A stretch of 63,998 bases of DNA, counting the filler, from Streblomastix strix (taxonomy: Eukaryota), in assembly GCA_008636045.1 (NCBI GenBank). It is 4 parts of 4 records of this genome, joined end to end, with 100 filler letters (N's around TTAATTAATTAA, not from the genome) between each part and the next. Parts side by side here need not be neighbours in the genome. Positions count along the whole stretch, not along the records: positions 16,087 to 32,064 come from SNRW01000893.1; positions 32,165 to 48,141 come from SNRW01000894.1; 2 more parts are not named here. The stretch is one strand, 5' to 3'. Each line of letters starts with the position of its first letter. Positions within the stretch are counted from its first letter, which is position 1. The notes under the pieces were generated by a model. The model was given only the letters and a program-made list of their open reading frames with translations, ran no database searches and was not told the DNA's origin. Position numbers and translations under genes: made by a program. Shown here piece by piece: positions 26,954-39,619 of this stretch.

Positions 26954-27796
26954 TTGAAACCATTAAAGAAATATTAACGTCCTTACTTCTCACCTGAGTT
27001 TGGGGAGCTGGGAAATAGATATTATATTTATAATGCATCCAAGAATTAATAAAGTAATTCAACAGATATTTATTTTGTATTAATATTAACACGAAATATT
27101 TGGTAGTTTATCCAATAAAAGATAAATCAGCAAATGAACTATTAAAATGTATGAAATAATTAAAATCTAATTAGCTTGTTTCAAATATAAGATCAGACGG
27201 TGAATCAGCTTTGGGAAGTAAATAAGTTAAGGATTATTTGAAAAAAAACGATATAAACTACTTCTATAATTCATCACCTTTCAATAATAAAAATAGAGTA
27301 GTTGATTCAGTTGTTAGAACAATAAGGAATGCGTTTGAAAAAAATCCTTAACAAATGACTAATAATAAATAATTCTAATAAGTTGTAGATGATTATAATA
27401 ACACAAAACACGCAGCATTTAAATAAAAATTCTCTCCTAAATAATTAAATGACAAAGAAGATTTAGAAGGAATATACATTAGATAAAAAATGAAAGAATT
27501 AACTGATGTAAAGGAATAACAATACATGGATAATCTATAGTATCTAAAGAAAGGTAATATTTTAATTATTCATCTTGATTTGAAAAAGACTGCTCATGGA
27601 TTTGAGAAATAACGCCGATAATTTAATGAAATTGCTACTTTTATTCGATATGAACAAGGAAATGTTGTTTGTGAACTAACGAAACCGTATAAATGATATT
27701 ATGATTGTTGAAGTACCAATTTTTTATACTCATAAGGTTGCAATCAATATAGAAACATTAAAAGAGAAATATAAAAAAACTTTTAAATTAGTTTGA
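26954..27796 (+). pseudogene. Retroviral-type (RVE) integrase, frameshifted
   Basis: RPYFSP..SWEID, YLFCININTKYL, IRSDGESA, NKNRVVDSVVRTIRN, YNNTKH. Two frameshifts. Confidence 0.85.
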
Positions 27797-27816
27797 TATT
27801 TTTTCTAGATAAATAA

Positions 27817-28093
27817 ATGGACACAGATAACTTAAAACTTACTTAAAAGGTTGGTAAACCAAAGAAATATTTTACAGAATAGGAAGCATAAGAAATGACT
27901 AAGAAATATCGTGGTGAAGCTAAGAAAAGATATCGTTTAAAGTAAAAATAATTTAAAGAATAATTCTCTTTTTAGCAATCAATAATAATAGACACATTAA
28001 ATAAAAAAAATAATATCAGATGATATTTTAGAATAAATTTCTCAATTAATTTAACCAAATCCTTAAGATTAATAAACTTCACTTTTTGTGTGA
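27817..28093 (+). CDS. Small basic protein with VGKPKKYFTE motif (AT-hook-like)
   Basis: MDTDNLKLTQKVGKPKKYFTEQEAQEMTKKYRGEAKKRYR. Homologue at 47342. Probable frameshift in an A-run. Confidence 0.6.
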
Positions 28094-29102
28094 TTTACGT
28101 CTAATTTTATTTTTAAGCTAATCTTAAGCTTTAACTGATGATATGATTTGTTTGGTTGCAACTTTATGTGTTTTAGGTCTGACTATATTTAATCGTTCCT
28201 CCTTTGATAACAGTACTTTACATTATCTTGCGTTTAATGTTCCCTAATCAGTAACGTTATAATCAACTACTTTATGTGGCTCGTTAGAATATTTACCTTA
28301 CCATTGATGCATTAGTTTTTATTCCTTATCTAATCCTCCAATATATTACAGATCTTTATTTGTTTCTTTATTATCTTAAATTAGTTATTTTTATTATTAA
28401 TTTTAGGCTTCTCTTAGTCAATATCTTAATTAAGAGAATCAATTTATTAAGCAAAATCAGTGAATTAATCGGTATTTGATTCAAATGGATTAAAGTTGCC
28501 ATTTAAGACTTTTATTACAATCGATTGCAACCTCCAAATAATTCCATTCTTTCATCTTCACTATCCCATATACTTGGGTCAGATGCTGACGGTTATATTT
28601 TTGAACTAACATCATGAGATGGTTAATTATAACGATGATTAATATTTTAATTAGTTTCAGCATTTGCTTATTATGTAAGTTATTTAGACTATGGAATTAG
28701 TAAATCGTTTGTCATCTATTAAGCTTCTACATTACTTTCTATTAGATAATTTGGATCAAATCCTCCATGATGCCGCTTTTATCTAACTCCCCCTTTATAT
28801 CCTTATATTTCTGCATCGGCATCATGTCTCGAAATATATGGATCGGCATCAATAATTTAATTAGTAATCTGCTCCGTTTAATCTTAAGGTAATTTTTAAT
28901 AACTTTTTCTAGCTATCCAATTTTATATAGTTTTAAGGTATTTTAGCTACTTATCTTGAATCAATGATCTATTATTTATGTTTATTCTTTATATTTTCTA
29001 AATATATTCATTTATATTTGACGCTTGTGGTTAAGTACTTGGTCTTCGTACTTTCTTTGGGTTTGAACCCGCTGATTTAGATCTTTTAACTTCTCTTTAC
29101 AT
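28080..29102 (-). CDS. Hypothetical viral protein with basic N-terminus and repeated xxGG motifs (one frameshift; 3' end approximate)
   Basis: MQREVKRSKSAGSNPKKVRRP...; YKGG, HHGG, LFGG, YIGG, IKGG. Confidence 0.5.
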
Positions 29103-29268
29103 TTTAATTGTAGATTATTAGTATTTTAGTAATAAACAAATGGAAACAAAATAATAACTCAATAAACATAATCCAAACTGTTGCTATTGGGATATATTGA
29201 TTACCATATCAAGCATTTTGTTAATAATTACTTTTATTGAAATGAAATTATTTTTTCTAGATTAAAAG

Positions 29269-29515
29269 TATGGCAAAAATAAATTGTGAAGAATTTATGA
29301 CTTATTCAGCATTTATGAGCTAACTTATATCACAAGCTACAAAGAATAATCCTGAGATAAAATTGAGATTTATATTAAGAAATCACAATAAACGTCTTAA
29401 GATGGAACAGTTAAAAGAAATTGTATAAATAGCTTCAGAGAGCAGCTAATCAGCAGTAATGAAATTGATATTGTATTTAAATGAAAGAGCGAGAGTTTAT
29501 TTTTGTTTATATTGA
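29269..29515 (+). CDS. Small hypothetical protein of the element
   Basis: ATG-to-TGA ORF MAKINCEEFMTYSAFMSQL..., abutting the next ATG at 29517. Confidence 0.4.
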
Positions 29516-29516
29516 A

Positions 29517-30993
29517 ATGACTAACATCGGCTTACAAATTTTCAACTCAGATTCAGATAAGGATTATGTAACATGGTAAACGACTATCCCTAGCGGAAGT
29601 TAAAGCTTTCAACTTAATAGTTTAATAACATTCCAATTAATTTGCCATATCATTTGAATAATGATTATACTGAAATTTTGCACAATATAGTATATATTGA
29701 CTCAAGGAAAATCTATTTCTAACAATAGATAGGAGAGGAATAGTTTTATTGTTAAATATTAGATAGTTAACCACCAATACGTATTAATTTGAATATTGCA
29801 ATAAATAATGCCTATAATAGTGATCAAATAATACAGGTTTATAAATATACTCCATAATTATTATTTCTAATTCTGACATAATATGATAATTTTACAGATA
29901 CAATTGAGAAATATTTTAGACCATAATCAACTTTGAACGGTGGAGCAATATGTTTTAATAATGCAACTAATGAACATGTTTAAAAATTATAGAATAATAT
30001 GTTCTCATTAAACTAGAATTATGGATAAGATTTAGTGAATTCTGCTTTCAATTGTTCTAACCTTAGAATTGATGCATTTCTATATCATTACTGGATATTA
30101 GATTCCACAGTTAATGAGTTATATCGAATGATTGGATTAATATGATTATATTTCCCAACATCAAATAATGACATAACAACTATTGAGCCTGAATTTTTTA
30201 CATTAGGTAACGGATTATCATTAAGATACCTATTCGATAAATAAGTTGATATTAATGCTAATTGAACATTTACTACATCTGATTCTTAACCAATTAATGT
30301 ATAACAATTAATAATGTAATAAATCATCAATAATATTAACACATTTCCAGTAAGAATTATCAATTCATTACCAGCATTTAGTATTTCTGAATGGTAAGAT
30401 ATTTATACAACTGTTGGAAGAACAAATTATTATGGATAATTTATTCCTTATGTTGTGAATGATTACTGTAAATAGAATAACTCTTACTGGTTTTCTAATC
30501 GTAAACTTTTATCTCCAAATCAATACGTACAATTTGTTGGTGGATAAGATCTATATGATGGATAGAATGTAAACTATGCCAATTAATTAGTTAATTTATT
30601 ATCAGCTATTAAATAAATTGATCTCGAAGTATGGATGTATTAAACTAAATATGATAGTTAAAGTTTAGAAGTTGATCTTCCAATATTCTGTCCATATATC
30701 GAAAATTTTCTAGAGTATCCTTAAATGCTGATAATTTGCGTGTCTAATTAATTAAAAGGAATAATTATTTATTCAATAAGAGGTACTGGATTCTCAAACG
30801 TATGCTTTAAATAGAATTTGGTTGATGCACCAGTATTATGGGGATAGAATATGATGAGTCTGCAATATCTTGTGTGATAGAACACATTGTAAGTCTTTAC
30901 ATTATATGATAACTTTGGAAGAAAGATACAGATGCAATATATGGATATGTATAATAATTTACTTCTAGAGATACAATTTTAAAGAGCTGTCTA
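29517..30993 (+). pseudogene. Putative minor capsid (penton, single jelly-roll) protein, degraded
   Basis: Beta-rich composition. C-terminal FTLYDNFGRKIQMQYMDMYNNLLLEIQF resembles the L-x-D-x-x-G-R/K-x-I...L-x-I-x-F end of Polinton-type pentons. Frameshifts and TGA at 30143, 30263, 30875. Confidence 0.5.
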
Positions 30994-31019
30994 AATAAAT
31001 TATTTTAATTTTAATCAAA

Positions 31020-32064
31020 ATGTCTTATCAAAAGAAAGTGGAGCTAATTAAACTACTCAAAATTAATAATAAAAACATAAATGAATTTTTAAAAGTAAAT
31101 TAGCTTAAAGATTAACTTAATGAATATTTAGATCAAATAAATTATAAGATGAGAGGAAGAAATAACTACAATAATTTAAAGAAACATTTTAAATAGATTC
31201 AATAGTACAATCAGTAAAATATTATAAGTAAAGAGTTGGTTTACCATTTCAAATAGAATCAATATGATTAAGATTTATAAGAATATCGTAAAGAATAGTA
31301 GTAACAATAAGCAGATATTTACTGTGATGATTTATAAGAATAGAATCGATTATTGCATTAAGATTTAACTAATTATCATTCAAATTAATATGATTAAGAT
31401 TTATAAGAATATCGTAGAGAATAAGAATAATAATAAGCTGATGATTATTGGACTGATCTAATCAACACAGAACAAGAGTTAGCTTAAAGAATTATGTATG
31501 AAGAATATGATGCGAATCTACAATATTAAATAACTATCAAATAAAACAATGAAATTAGTGACAGAATCAATTAATTTAATGGATGCATCTTTAGAGAAAT
31601 AGATAATGATGCAGATACTCTATTATATTTTCTTCCTGAGAATATGGAACAATTTATTGCTACAGTTTATGATGCAAGATAAGGATTTGCTCGTGAATGT
31701 ACAATAGAAAAAACAGAGCCAAATGGAAAACTTAACGAATTACACTATAATAATGTTATCTAATCTTTATCAGATATTGAATAGTTTGTTGATTAAGTTT
31801 ATGAATAATAACACCATTAAGCATTCATGATTCAATTCAATTTTGGAGTAATTTACAATTAACTAAAATATGACTAATTTGAGTTCATTTTTGTTGATTA
31901 TGGATATATATTACTTAGAGATACTCGTATACAGGAATATGCTTCAAAAGTTATATAATCTGAAGATGATATTAATGATTATTATTAATACATTAAATCT
32001 TTGATAATAAACATGTAAAATTTAACATTAGATAGTGCAAGATAACGATATATAGCTATATAAT
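31020..32064 (+). CDS. N-terminal region of a protein-primed DNA polymerase B gene (3'-truncated)
   Basis: AFMIQFNFGVIY...RQRYIAI parallels PFKAQNDF*ILI...RNLIVGIFSV in the pPolB at 39620. Internal 126-bp duplication at 31261/31387. Confidence 0.55.
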
Positions 32065-32164
32065 NNNNNNNNNNNNNNNNNNNNNNNNNNNNNNNNNNNN
32101 NNNNNNNNTTAATTAATTAANNNNNNNNNNNNNNNNNNNNNNNNNNNNNNNNNNNNNNNNNNNN
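32065..32164. other. Artificial linker
   Basis: N-TTAATTAATTAA-N, 100 bp. Confidence 0.99.
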
Positions 32165-32225
32165 AAACGTTGAAGATAGAACTCATTTTGGGAAAATGAT
32201 TATTATAGATATTATAAGCAAATAT

Positions 32226-32228
<3 letters not shown>

Positions 32229-32276
<48 letters not shown>
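32229..32276. repeat. (TA)n microsatellite
   Basis: About 24 TA units. Confidence 0.95.
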
Positions 32277-32280
<4 letters not shown>

Positions 32281-32356
32281 TACTTAACAAACTATTAATT
32301 ACGTTTTTCTTTAGATTATTTTTTATTACTATTTCTTATTATTTTTTATTCTTCAG

Positions 32357-34583
32357 TACTGTCCCATACATACATCCACAAATTATTATGAGAGATGCAA
32401 TTGAAAATGTTAACACTGATGATAAACTAGGAGATTATTATAATAAGGAAGATGATGAATGAGAAACTGAAGCAATTGGTACTGGAGTAACTTAGGAACT
32501 GGTAAACATATTTGAAAAACAAGATCTTACACAAATAACACCAATATATGTAGATGCATTCGTGTGCTTCTTAGCTCCATATCTATGGAACTTAGAAGAG
32601 AAATTATATTTGAAGAATAAGCCATATCTGGGGTTGTTAAGACTTATTAAACATAAAGATGTCGAAGTTGTTCGTTTAGCCTTCAGCTTTATAAGCTATT
32701 TGTCAGAGTTTACAGTCAATACAATTGAAGATACTGATCCAAACCCACATATTGACATTCTTTAATCAATAAATGGAATCAAGAAGCTTTATTCTTTATT
32801 CAGTAAGACTAAGGATAAACAAACGAATGATACAGTGTCAATCTGCATTGGAAAAGTTTTTCATGCGAAGAAAATACCTGATATGGATACCCAAGTCGAA
32901 GTTATCACACATCTAAAGAGAATTCTATCTGATCTTGATAAATGGACTTAAGATGCATCAAAATTTGCGCTTATTTATCTTGTATCAAATGAAAGTATGT
33001 TCAATATAATATGCAAATAATTAACTATTAATTATTATTTTATTATTTTTATATATATATTCTGTTATTAAAATTGAAAATGTATTTATTAATTTTCATT
33101 TATTTATATCTATATCTATATTTATTTTATTTTATATTTATATATAGGCAATTACAAATTGGTAATGAACAGCATCAATATAAAAGTGATTACAAAAGTG
33201 TTCAGGATTGAATAAATAGGATCAGATGATTAGAAATAAGTTATTCAAAACAGACAAGAAGGATAGTGCAACTTTCTGAATTAAATTCAATTCCAAACGT
33301 TGAAGATAGACCTCATTTTGGGAAAATGTAAGCATAAAATGTGATCGAGAAGCTCTATATACAATATTTAAGAGAGGATGTAACCATGAAAACTAAAAAC
33401 AAAGCAGTGATCTGTATCGGTAGGATGTATTAGAGGCTTCTGATACCTGAATAAATGAGAGTTGATATTATAAATCATCTGAAACGGCTTGTTAGAGATG
33501 ATGATAGATGGGTAGGTGCAAAGGCGACAGTTGTTCTTATGGATCTGGCGTATAATCCTGGTATATGCGATTGTGGATATGTATATTATGCGATATATTA
33601 TATATATATTTATTAAATTTATTAGACTATTTATAGATAATTTTTTTTTGAATAAATGTGCATTATCCATATATTCCATAAGAAAACCATGAATAATTCT
33701 TAGCAGAAATCGACATTGAACAATTCGCGGAAGAGCGTCGGCAAACAGTAGCTGGTGATGAGATGTAGAAATAGAAGATTTTGTTGAGGAAACAAGCTAT
33801 ATCCAACTTCCTGAATATTATTCTACAATGTTAGAAAGATGGTCTATGCAGATCTCTCATTAAGTCAGGCGTAATCGAATGTTATTTCCACGCATTTGAC
33901 AGTTATGACTTGTAGGCCATCATAATGACTTTTATTATTACTTTTCGGCTGTTCGCCAACTTATACGATATTAATTAACTCCAGTTGCTAATATCCAAGA
34001 AACCATACCTACATCTCTTTCGATTACTGAACCATACAAGCTACAAGTTCATCTTTCGTGTCATCAATGTGATCTTCACAATCCTCGTATGCGGAACCAA
34101 GACAATCACAACTGTACCAATGCATCCTCAATTTGCTGTTATATAATAATTCAAAGGAATCTATCAGTTGTACAAACTGTTCAAAAAGATTGAAGCTAAG
34201 AAATTTCTAAGAGTTAAGGTTGGGATCTGCTTATGTTTGCTTTTCAGAACGCAGGAAGTTCCAAAGAAACTGAATGAAAAGATCTTCCCTATTCTGGAAT
34301 CACTTTCCTATGATCCTGAAAAGAGCAATTAGATCTTCGCTAAGAATGTCCTTAATGCACTTGCTAAGAACTTTGGGGTTTATATTGAATATATTATTAA
34401 TACATTTATTGAACTAAATCATTTATTAATTATTTGAAAATTTGTTTATTAACTAATTTATTTACTAACTTATTTACTAATTTATTTATTTATTTATAAA
34501 TATTCTTTATTTTATTTAGTATAATTTCAGTAAACAAGGCATAAATAGAAAAGGAAGAATTCAAGATTCCAAAATTAAAGTGA
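32357..34583 (+). CDS. ARM/HEAT-like repeat protein, multi-exon, 5' end uncertain
   Basis: Recurring units KPYLGLLRLIKH / KPYLHLFRLLNH, NPHI / RPHF / HPQF, ICIGK / ICIGR, IITHLK / IINHLK. In-frame TGA at 32460. Terminal TGA 34581-34583. Confidence 0.7.
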
Positions 34584-36639
34584 TTGATATCGTACAAATT
34601 AAAGGTTTTAATACATTCTCTTATATTTATATCAAATATTCATTTATTTTCTTATTTTCAGACAAATGAGAGTTCAAAGCACCAAAATAGTACGATTTTT
34701 TATATTAATTATATTAATGTATAATTTTTGATTTCGTTATTAATTTTATTTATATGTTGTTCGAATTTTTATTTAATTTTTTCTTCATTTTTATATATAC
34801 AATTTTTTTGAAAGACATTTTTATATTAGTTTGTTTTAAAAATTTGAGCATCTAATTTCACTTTCATAAATATTAAATTCCTAATGTAAATAATTTACAT
34901 ATATATAATTAAATGGAATTTTATTTATTAAATATTTTTTTTTATTGATTCAAATGACTGTATGCATATTTATAATACTTCACAAATATTTTCCAACAAA
35001 AACTTTAATTATCTTCTGGATAATGATGAAATAAACATAATGATTGACAATATAATATGCTAATAAAGCGGTACTCATACTCTTTCTGCTCTTTGGAAAA
35101 TCGGGAATACTTCTGATTATTGCTTCATACTTTAAGCAAAAATATGAATTAGATACATCTTTCTTAATCGAAGTTGTATCTTCCTGCAAAAGAACAAGAA
35201 TTGAACCAACTTTTTAACATCAGTTCCATTAATAAAAAGAAATATTTCCAACAATTGTTTGTACTTCTGAACTATATGAAGAAGAATTTGTCATCAGAAA
35301 CACACTCATCAGCAAGAATGTCAGTTATCCAGTTGCACAGTTACAAATTGTATTTCTACTAGAGTCAAAATTAGAAATCCAGCTTCATTGAATGAAACTC
35401 TATTTATTTGGATTAAAAGTGATGAAATAAATTGAGGAAATCCTCTTTAAAGAATATTCATTATTGAAAATGATTATAAATACATTAATGGAGACGCTTT
35501 TAATGAACCATAATGTACTGTTACACCACAAAATAAGTCATGACTACAGTGCAGTGTATAACCTTTGTTTGAATGGATATGCTTATTATTGTTTATAAAA
35601 TCTAAATCAGAGAGGTTATGTAGAGAGAAAGCTACTTTTAATTGTATGGTGAATTACAAGTTAGAGAAATATGCGGAAGAAACGGCAAAGAATGATTTTG
35701 TAAGTGTGTTTAGTTTTGATGAAAGATATTAATATAGAAATGTGAAATAGTTGATATTAAATACAGATGGAGATAAATAAAATTAATAATAAAATTATTT
35801 TTAAAATTAATCATAATAGAAATAAAAAACATCACAATAACAATTAAATCGGAATAATTCGGATAATAAAAAAAATAATTAAAATTTACTAAATAAATGT
35901 AAATTAAGAATCGAAAAAATGAATATTTGAATTAAATTTAAGGTGTATAATTCAAACGTAAAAAAAACATTATTTAACGTATGAGAAAAAAAGTTTGAAT
36001 AAATTGATATAATAATAACAAAATTATATAATATTGAGAAATAAAATGAAATTTATAGAAAAATTAATGAAGGAAACAAAGAATATCAACAAAACAGAAA
36101 TAAATTGAAAGAATCAGAAACGTATGAAAAGGAACAATAAAATGAAACAACTGAAAAGAAATTCGATTAATAAGCAAGCAAATAAACAATTTCTGATAAA
36201 ATAAAAAGTCATAAAGAAGAATTTATCATTAATTAACGCGATATGAGTTATTCTGAATTTTTGATCTTACCAAAATCAAACGAAATTATATCTGGAAGAT
36301 CTTATTTTTATCACCTGATTCATTCCATTTATAATTAACTCCTTCAAAAAGACATTTAAATTTTTTGATAAATAATAATAATATTTATATTAATATTAAT
36401 ATTAATATTAATAATAATAATAATAATTATGATTGCCTTAAAGCAGTTTTCAATTAATAATTTATCATTAATTTGTTGGGTGAATCATTAAGTTCACTAG
36501 AAGATGAAGTAATTCTCTACTTATCATATTGTAATGGAAACGTAGTTCGATTATTTGTAGCCAAATCGTTTGAATAAAAATAACTTGATCGGTTTATTTT
36601 GAAACTGACAACTTTAAAAAATTAAAAATCTAACCGTTA

Positions 36640-37131
36640 AGTTAATAATGTTGATTTTATTGAAGAGATTGATTAGGATGAAGATCTAAATGATGATGAC
36701 AAAGATGATGAAGATGATAAAAGTAATAAGAAAAGATCTCCAACAAGACAGATTCATGCTAAAATAATTCCTGTAGATTTCGAAATTACTACTTTTCTAA
36801 ACTATGAAAAAATTATACCTAATGATGAAACAAATGATATATTCACCATAACAAAAGAAGAATTTTAATTTTTGAATATTGATAACAATTTATATCAATT
36901 CACTACAATGACTTTTGAAGTTCATCGTAAACAATATCATCTACATAATACTAATATAGTTAGACAAGCATTATTTAATTCATTCTCATTGTTACATTTT
37001 ATATAAATATCATCTTAAATAACACACACAAATACAGAGATATTAAGATATATGTTAAAGTAACTGGATATGAATATTTTAATAACTAAAACTTATCTAA
37101 TATCGATCTGAATAATCTAAAATATCAGATA
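36640..37131 (+). CDS. Hypothetical acidic low-complexity ORF fragment
   Basis: Codon-periodic DEDLNDDDKDDEDD...KIIPVDFEIT. No known domain. Confidence 0.3.
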
Positions 37132-37691
37132 TTCTCTGAAATTAGTGGATGAATTATTCGTAATTGAAATATAGTTCAATGAAAGATGTTATTTACTAAA
37201 GTGTCCACGATTCACACTTTAGAACTTTTATTGAAAATAAAAGTGAAATATTAAAAAAATTTTGGTATATAATAACTTTTAAGAAGTTAGTAATGAAAAA
37301 TAATAATTTTAGTTTATGTTTTATGTTCAATTTATATTTTTTATCAAATAAATAAATATTAAATATAAAAAAACTTAATTTTATTAAAAACTACAGTTAT
37401 TATTAAGTTAGTTAAATTTATAAACCGTAGAAATATGAACAAATTGATAAAAACTTTGATTTTATAATTTTGTATGAATATTGAAATTGGTATTATGTAA
37501 ATAAATTTTATTACGAAAAACCAGATATTCATAGTATTGAGCGTTGACGCTCCGATTTTGCACGAAGAGAGCTTTTTAAAATATATAGTTTGTTATTTAT
37601 AAATTAATTATTGTACTATTCTATGATCAATTTAATGATATTGCACTTATGAAATGATTTATTTGAATAGTATTTTTTTAAGATTTTACTA

Positions 37692-38126
37692 CAGTATAAT
37701 CCGGTTAATTCGCACACCGGTTAATTCGCACCATATGTATAATTCGCACTATTATATTATTTGAGGAAAGGTCACTGTTTCTCTATTAAATTCTTATAGA
37801 TAATTCGCACAAAAATTTTATTATTCGCACTTAAAACATAACAAATTTAGAAAAATAATTTTTGTTTCTTAAGTTAAATATAAAAATTTTTATATTTATT
37901 AAAATTATTTAAAGTTTATTATTATAAATTACTGTTTATACAATATCATTAATAAAATTTTCAAAAATACAAAGAATTTTTTAATTTTAAAAAAATTTAT
38001 AAAAATAGTTATTTTTTTGAAATTTAAAAAAATTCTTTGATTTTTTACTTATAAAAGTGCGAATTAACTTAATTCGCACTCGCATTTTTTTCGCCGATGG
38101 TAGTGCGAATTAGCCGGATTTAACTG
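37692..38126. mobile_element. Non-autonomous Tc1/mariner (pogo-like) MITE, 435 bp
   Basis: TIRs CAGTATAATCCGGTTAATTCGCAC and GTGCGAATTAGCCGGATTTAACTG, flanked by TA on both sides. Several internal TAATTCGCAC copies. Confidence 0.88.
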
Positions 38127-38481
38127 TATATTGAAAATTATCCTTCATCCATTTTATTAGTTTTTCATTAAATAGTGTATTTATTTATAAATTATTCTCC
38201 TCTAGATTTTAATTTTAATTAATTTACTAAATTATTATAATAAAAAATTTTAATATTTTTATATCATTTTATAAATTTCTCATTAATTGATAGTTATTTT
38301 TATTATTTATTTTCTTTATTTATACCTCTAACTTGCTATTAAGAAATTTTTATAAATTTAACCTTTACAACATTATTTATTAAGACAATTATATATATTT
38401 AATAATCAAATTTATTCTAACCTTTATAATATTTAGTTAATTTTTCAGTATATAATTCCTTTACGTATATAATTAAATTAA

Positions 38482-38911
38482 TGAACAAATATTCATATAA
38501 CTCATCGGCTTTCATCGTAGAGAGGGTGAACAGATTGAACGAAGAGAACAATAATTATCCCGACATTAAGCCTAAGCTGGAGAATACAAAAAAGAATTTA
38601 TTGTCCGTGCTAAGCTTCCAAGAAATCTGAAAGACAAGGTAAAAGTTGAATTTGATTGTGATAGCAATGTACTGAACTTTGAAGGTACAAGCGAGGTAGA
38701 GCACGAAGAATCAAAGGAAGGAACCAGATTCAAGTAATATTTCTCAGAAAGTAGATATAGTTCATTCAGACAAGAATTCCTACATTCTAAGGAATGAAGG
38801 AAGCTCACTACTGAAATAAAAGCCAATTCAACAGATTGAAAAATAAAAGTACATTGTTCAAATTCTGAAGATGTAGTAAAACCAAAGAAGATGAAACTCG
38901 CAATCCTATGA
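38482..38911 (+). pseudogene. Small heat-shock protein (Hsp20/alpha-crystallin) pseudogene
   Basis: EFIVRAKLP..KVKVEF..NVLNFEG..ESRYSSFRQEF..EIKANSTD*KIKVH..KPKKMKLAI. One frameshift (~38592) and two TGA. Confidence 0.8.
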
Positions 38912-39619
38912 AAAGGATATATCAGAATAAGAATAAAATTATTTCAGTTCATAAATCAATGACATAAGATGCCAGTTAAATATTAGTGGTAAATTACATC
39001 AAGAAGACTTTTGTCTTATTGTCAAAATGATTCAGTCAATAAATTTTCAATTCTACCATTTTATTTAAGTTTCATTTTCTTTTTATTTCTAAATTAAAAA
39101 TTGGAATATTAATTGATTATAAAAAATATATTTATTTATTTAATTATAAACAATCTCGATAATGATGTGCAAATGTGAAATAAATTGTTATTTTTATAAA
39201 AAACAAATTAAAGTATCATAAATAACTAAAAATTTATGATTTTGATTAATAAATTCAGGGCGAGTCTAATCCAGCAGCATCAAATGTTAATAACTTTAAA
39301 ATTTGTGCCATTTTAGCTTCCAACATTTGCTTTGATGTATATGGAAGAATACTTTCTTTTCGTTTGGCAGAGATAATGTATAAAACTTTTGGAACTTAAT
39401 ATTTTTCGTATAAAAATAACATCATTCGTCTACACCAAATGACTATGAGCATCAACGCATATTATTATTTATTATAGCCAATGAATAAGAATAATGTATC
39501 TAATTGTTAACTATATATGATAATAAAAAAAGAAATAACATTTACAACATAAAGTAATATTTATAGGTAAAAATTAATATTTTTTTCTATAATGATTATT
39601 TTTTTTTATTTTCTAATAA

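Larger units (their letters stand above)
26954..32064. mobile_element. Degraded Polinton/Maverick-like endogenous DNA virus, partial (left edge undefined, right end at fragment end)
   Basis: Compact intronless cluster: RVE integrase, small basic ORF, GG-motif ORF, penton-like ORF, pPolB N-terminus. Genes are homologous to the element in fragment 3. Confidence 0.75.

Noticed and set aside
32165..32198. 34-bp near-copy of 33295-33328
   Set aside because: Probably the tail of a tandem partial duplicate or an assembly edge; too short to interpret.
34960..35760. Possible transposase or other coding remnant
   Set aside because: No frame gave a recognisable motif.
37692..37830. Spaced TAATTCGCAC repeats resembling a CRISPR array
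   Set aside because: Repeats are 10 bp, irregular, in both orientations and inside a TIR element in a eukaryote with no cas genes here.
38482..38911. TGA codons in Hsp20 as support for recoding
   Set aside because: The gene is frameshifted and one TGA replaces the conserved Gly of DG, so this is ordinary decay.
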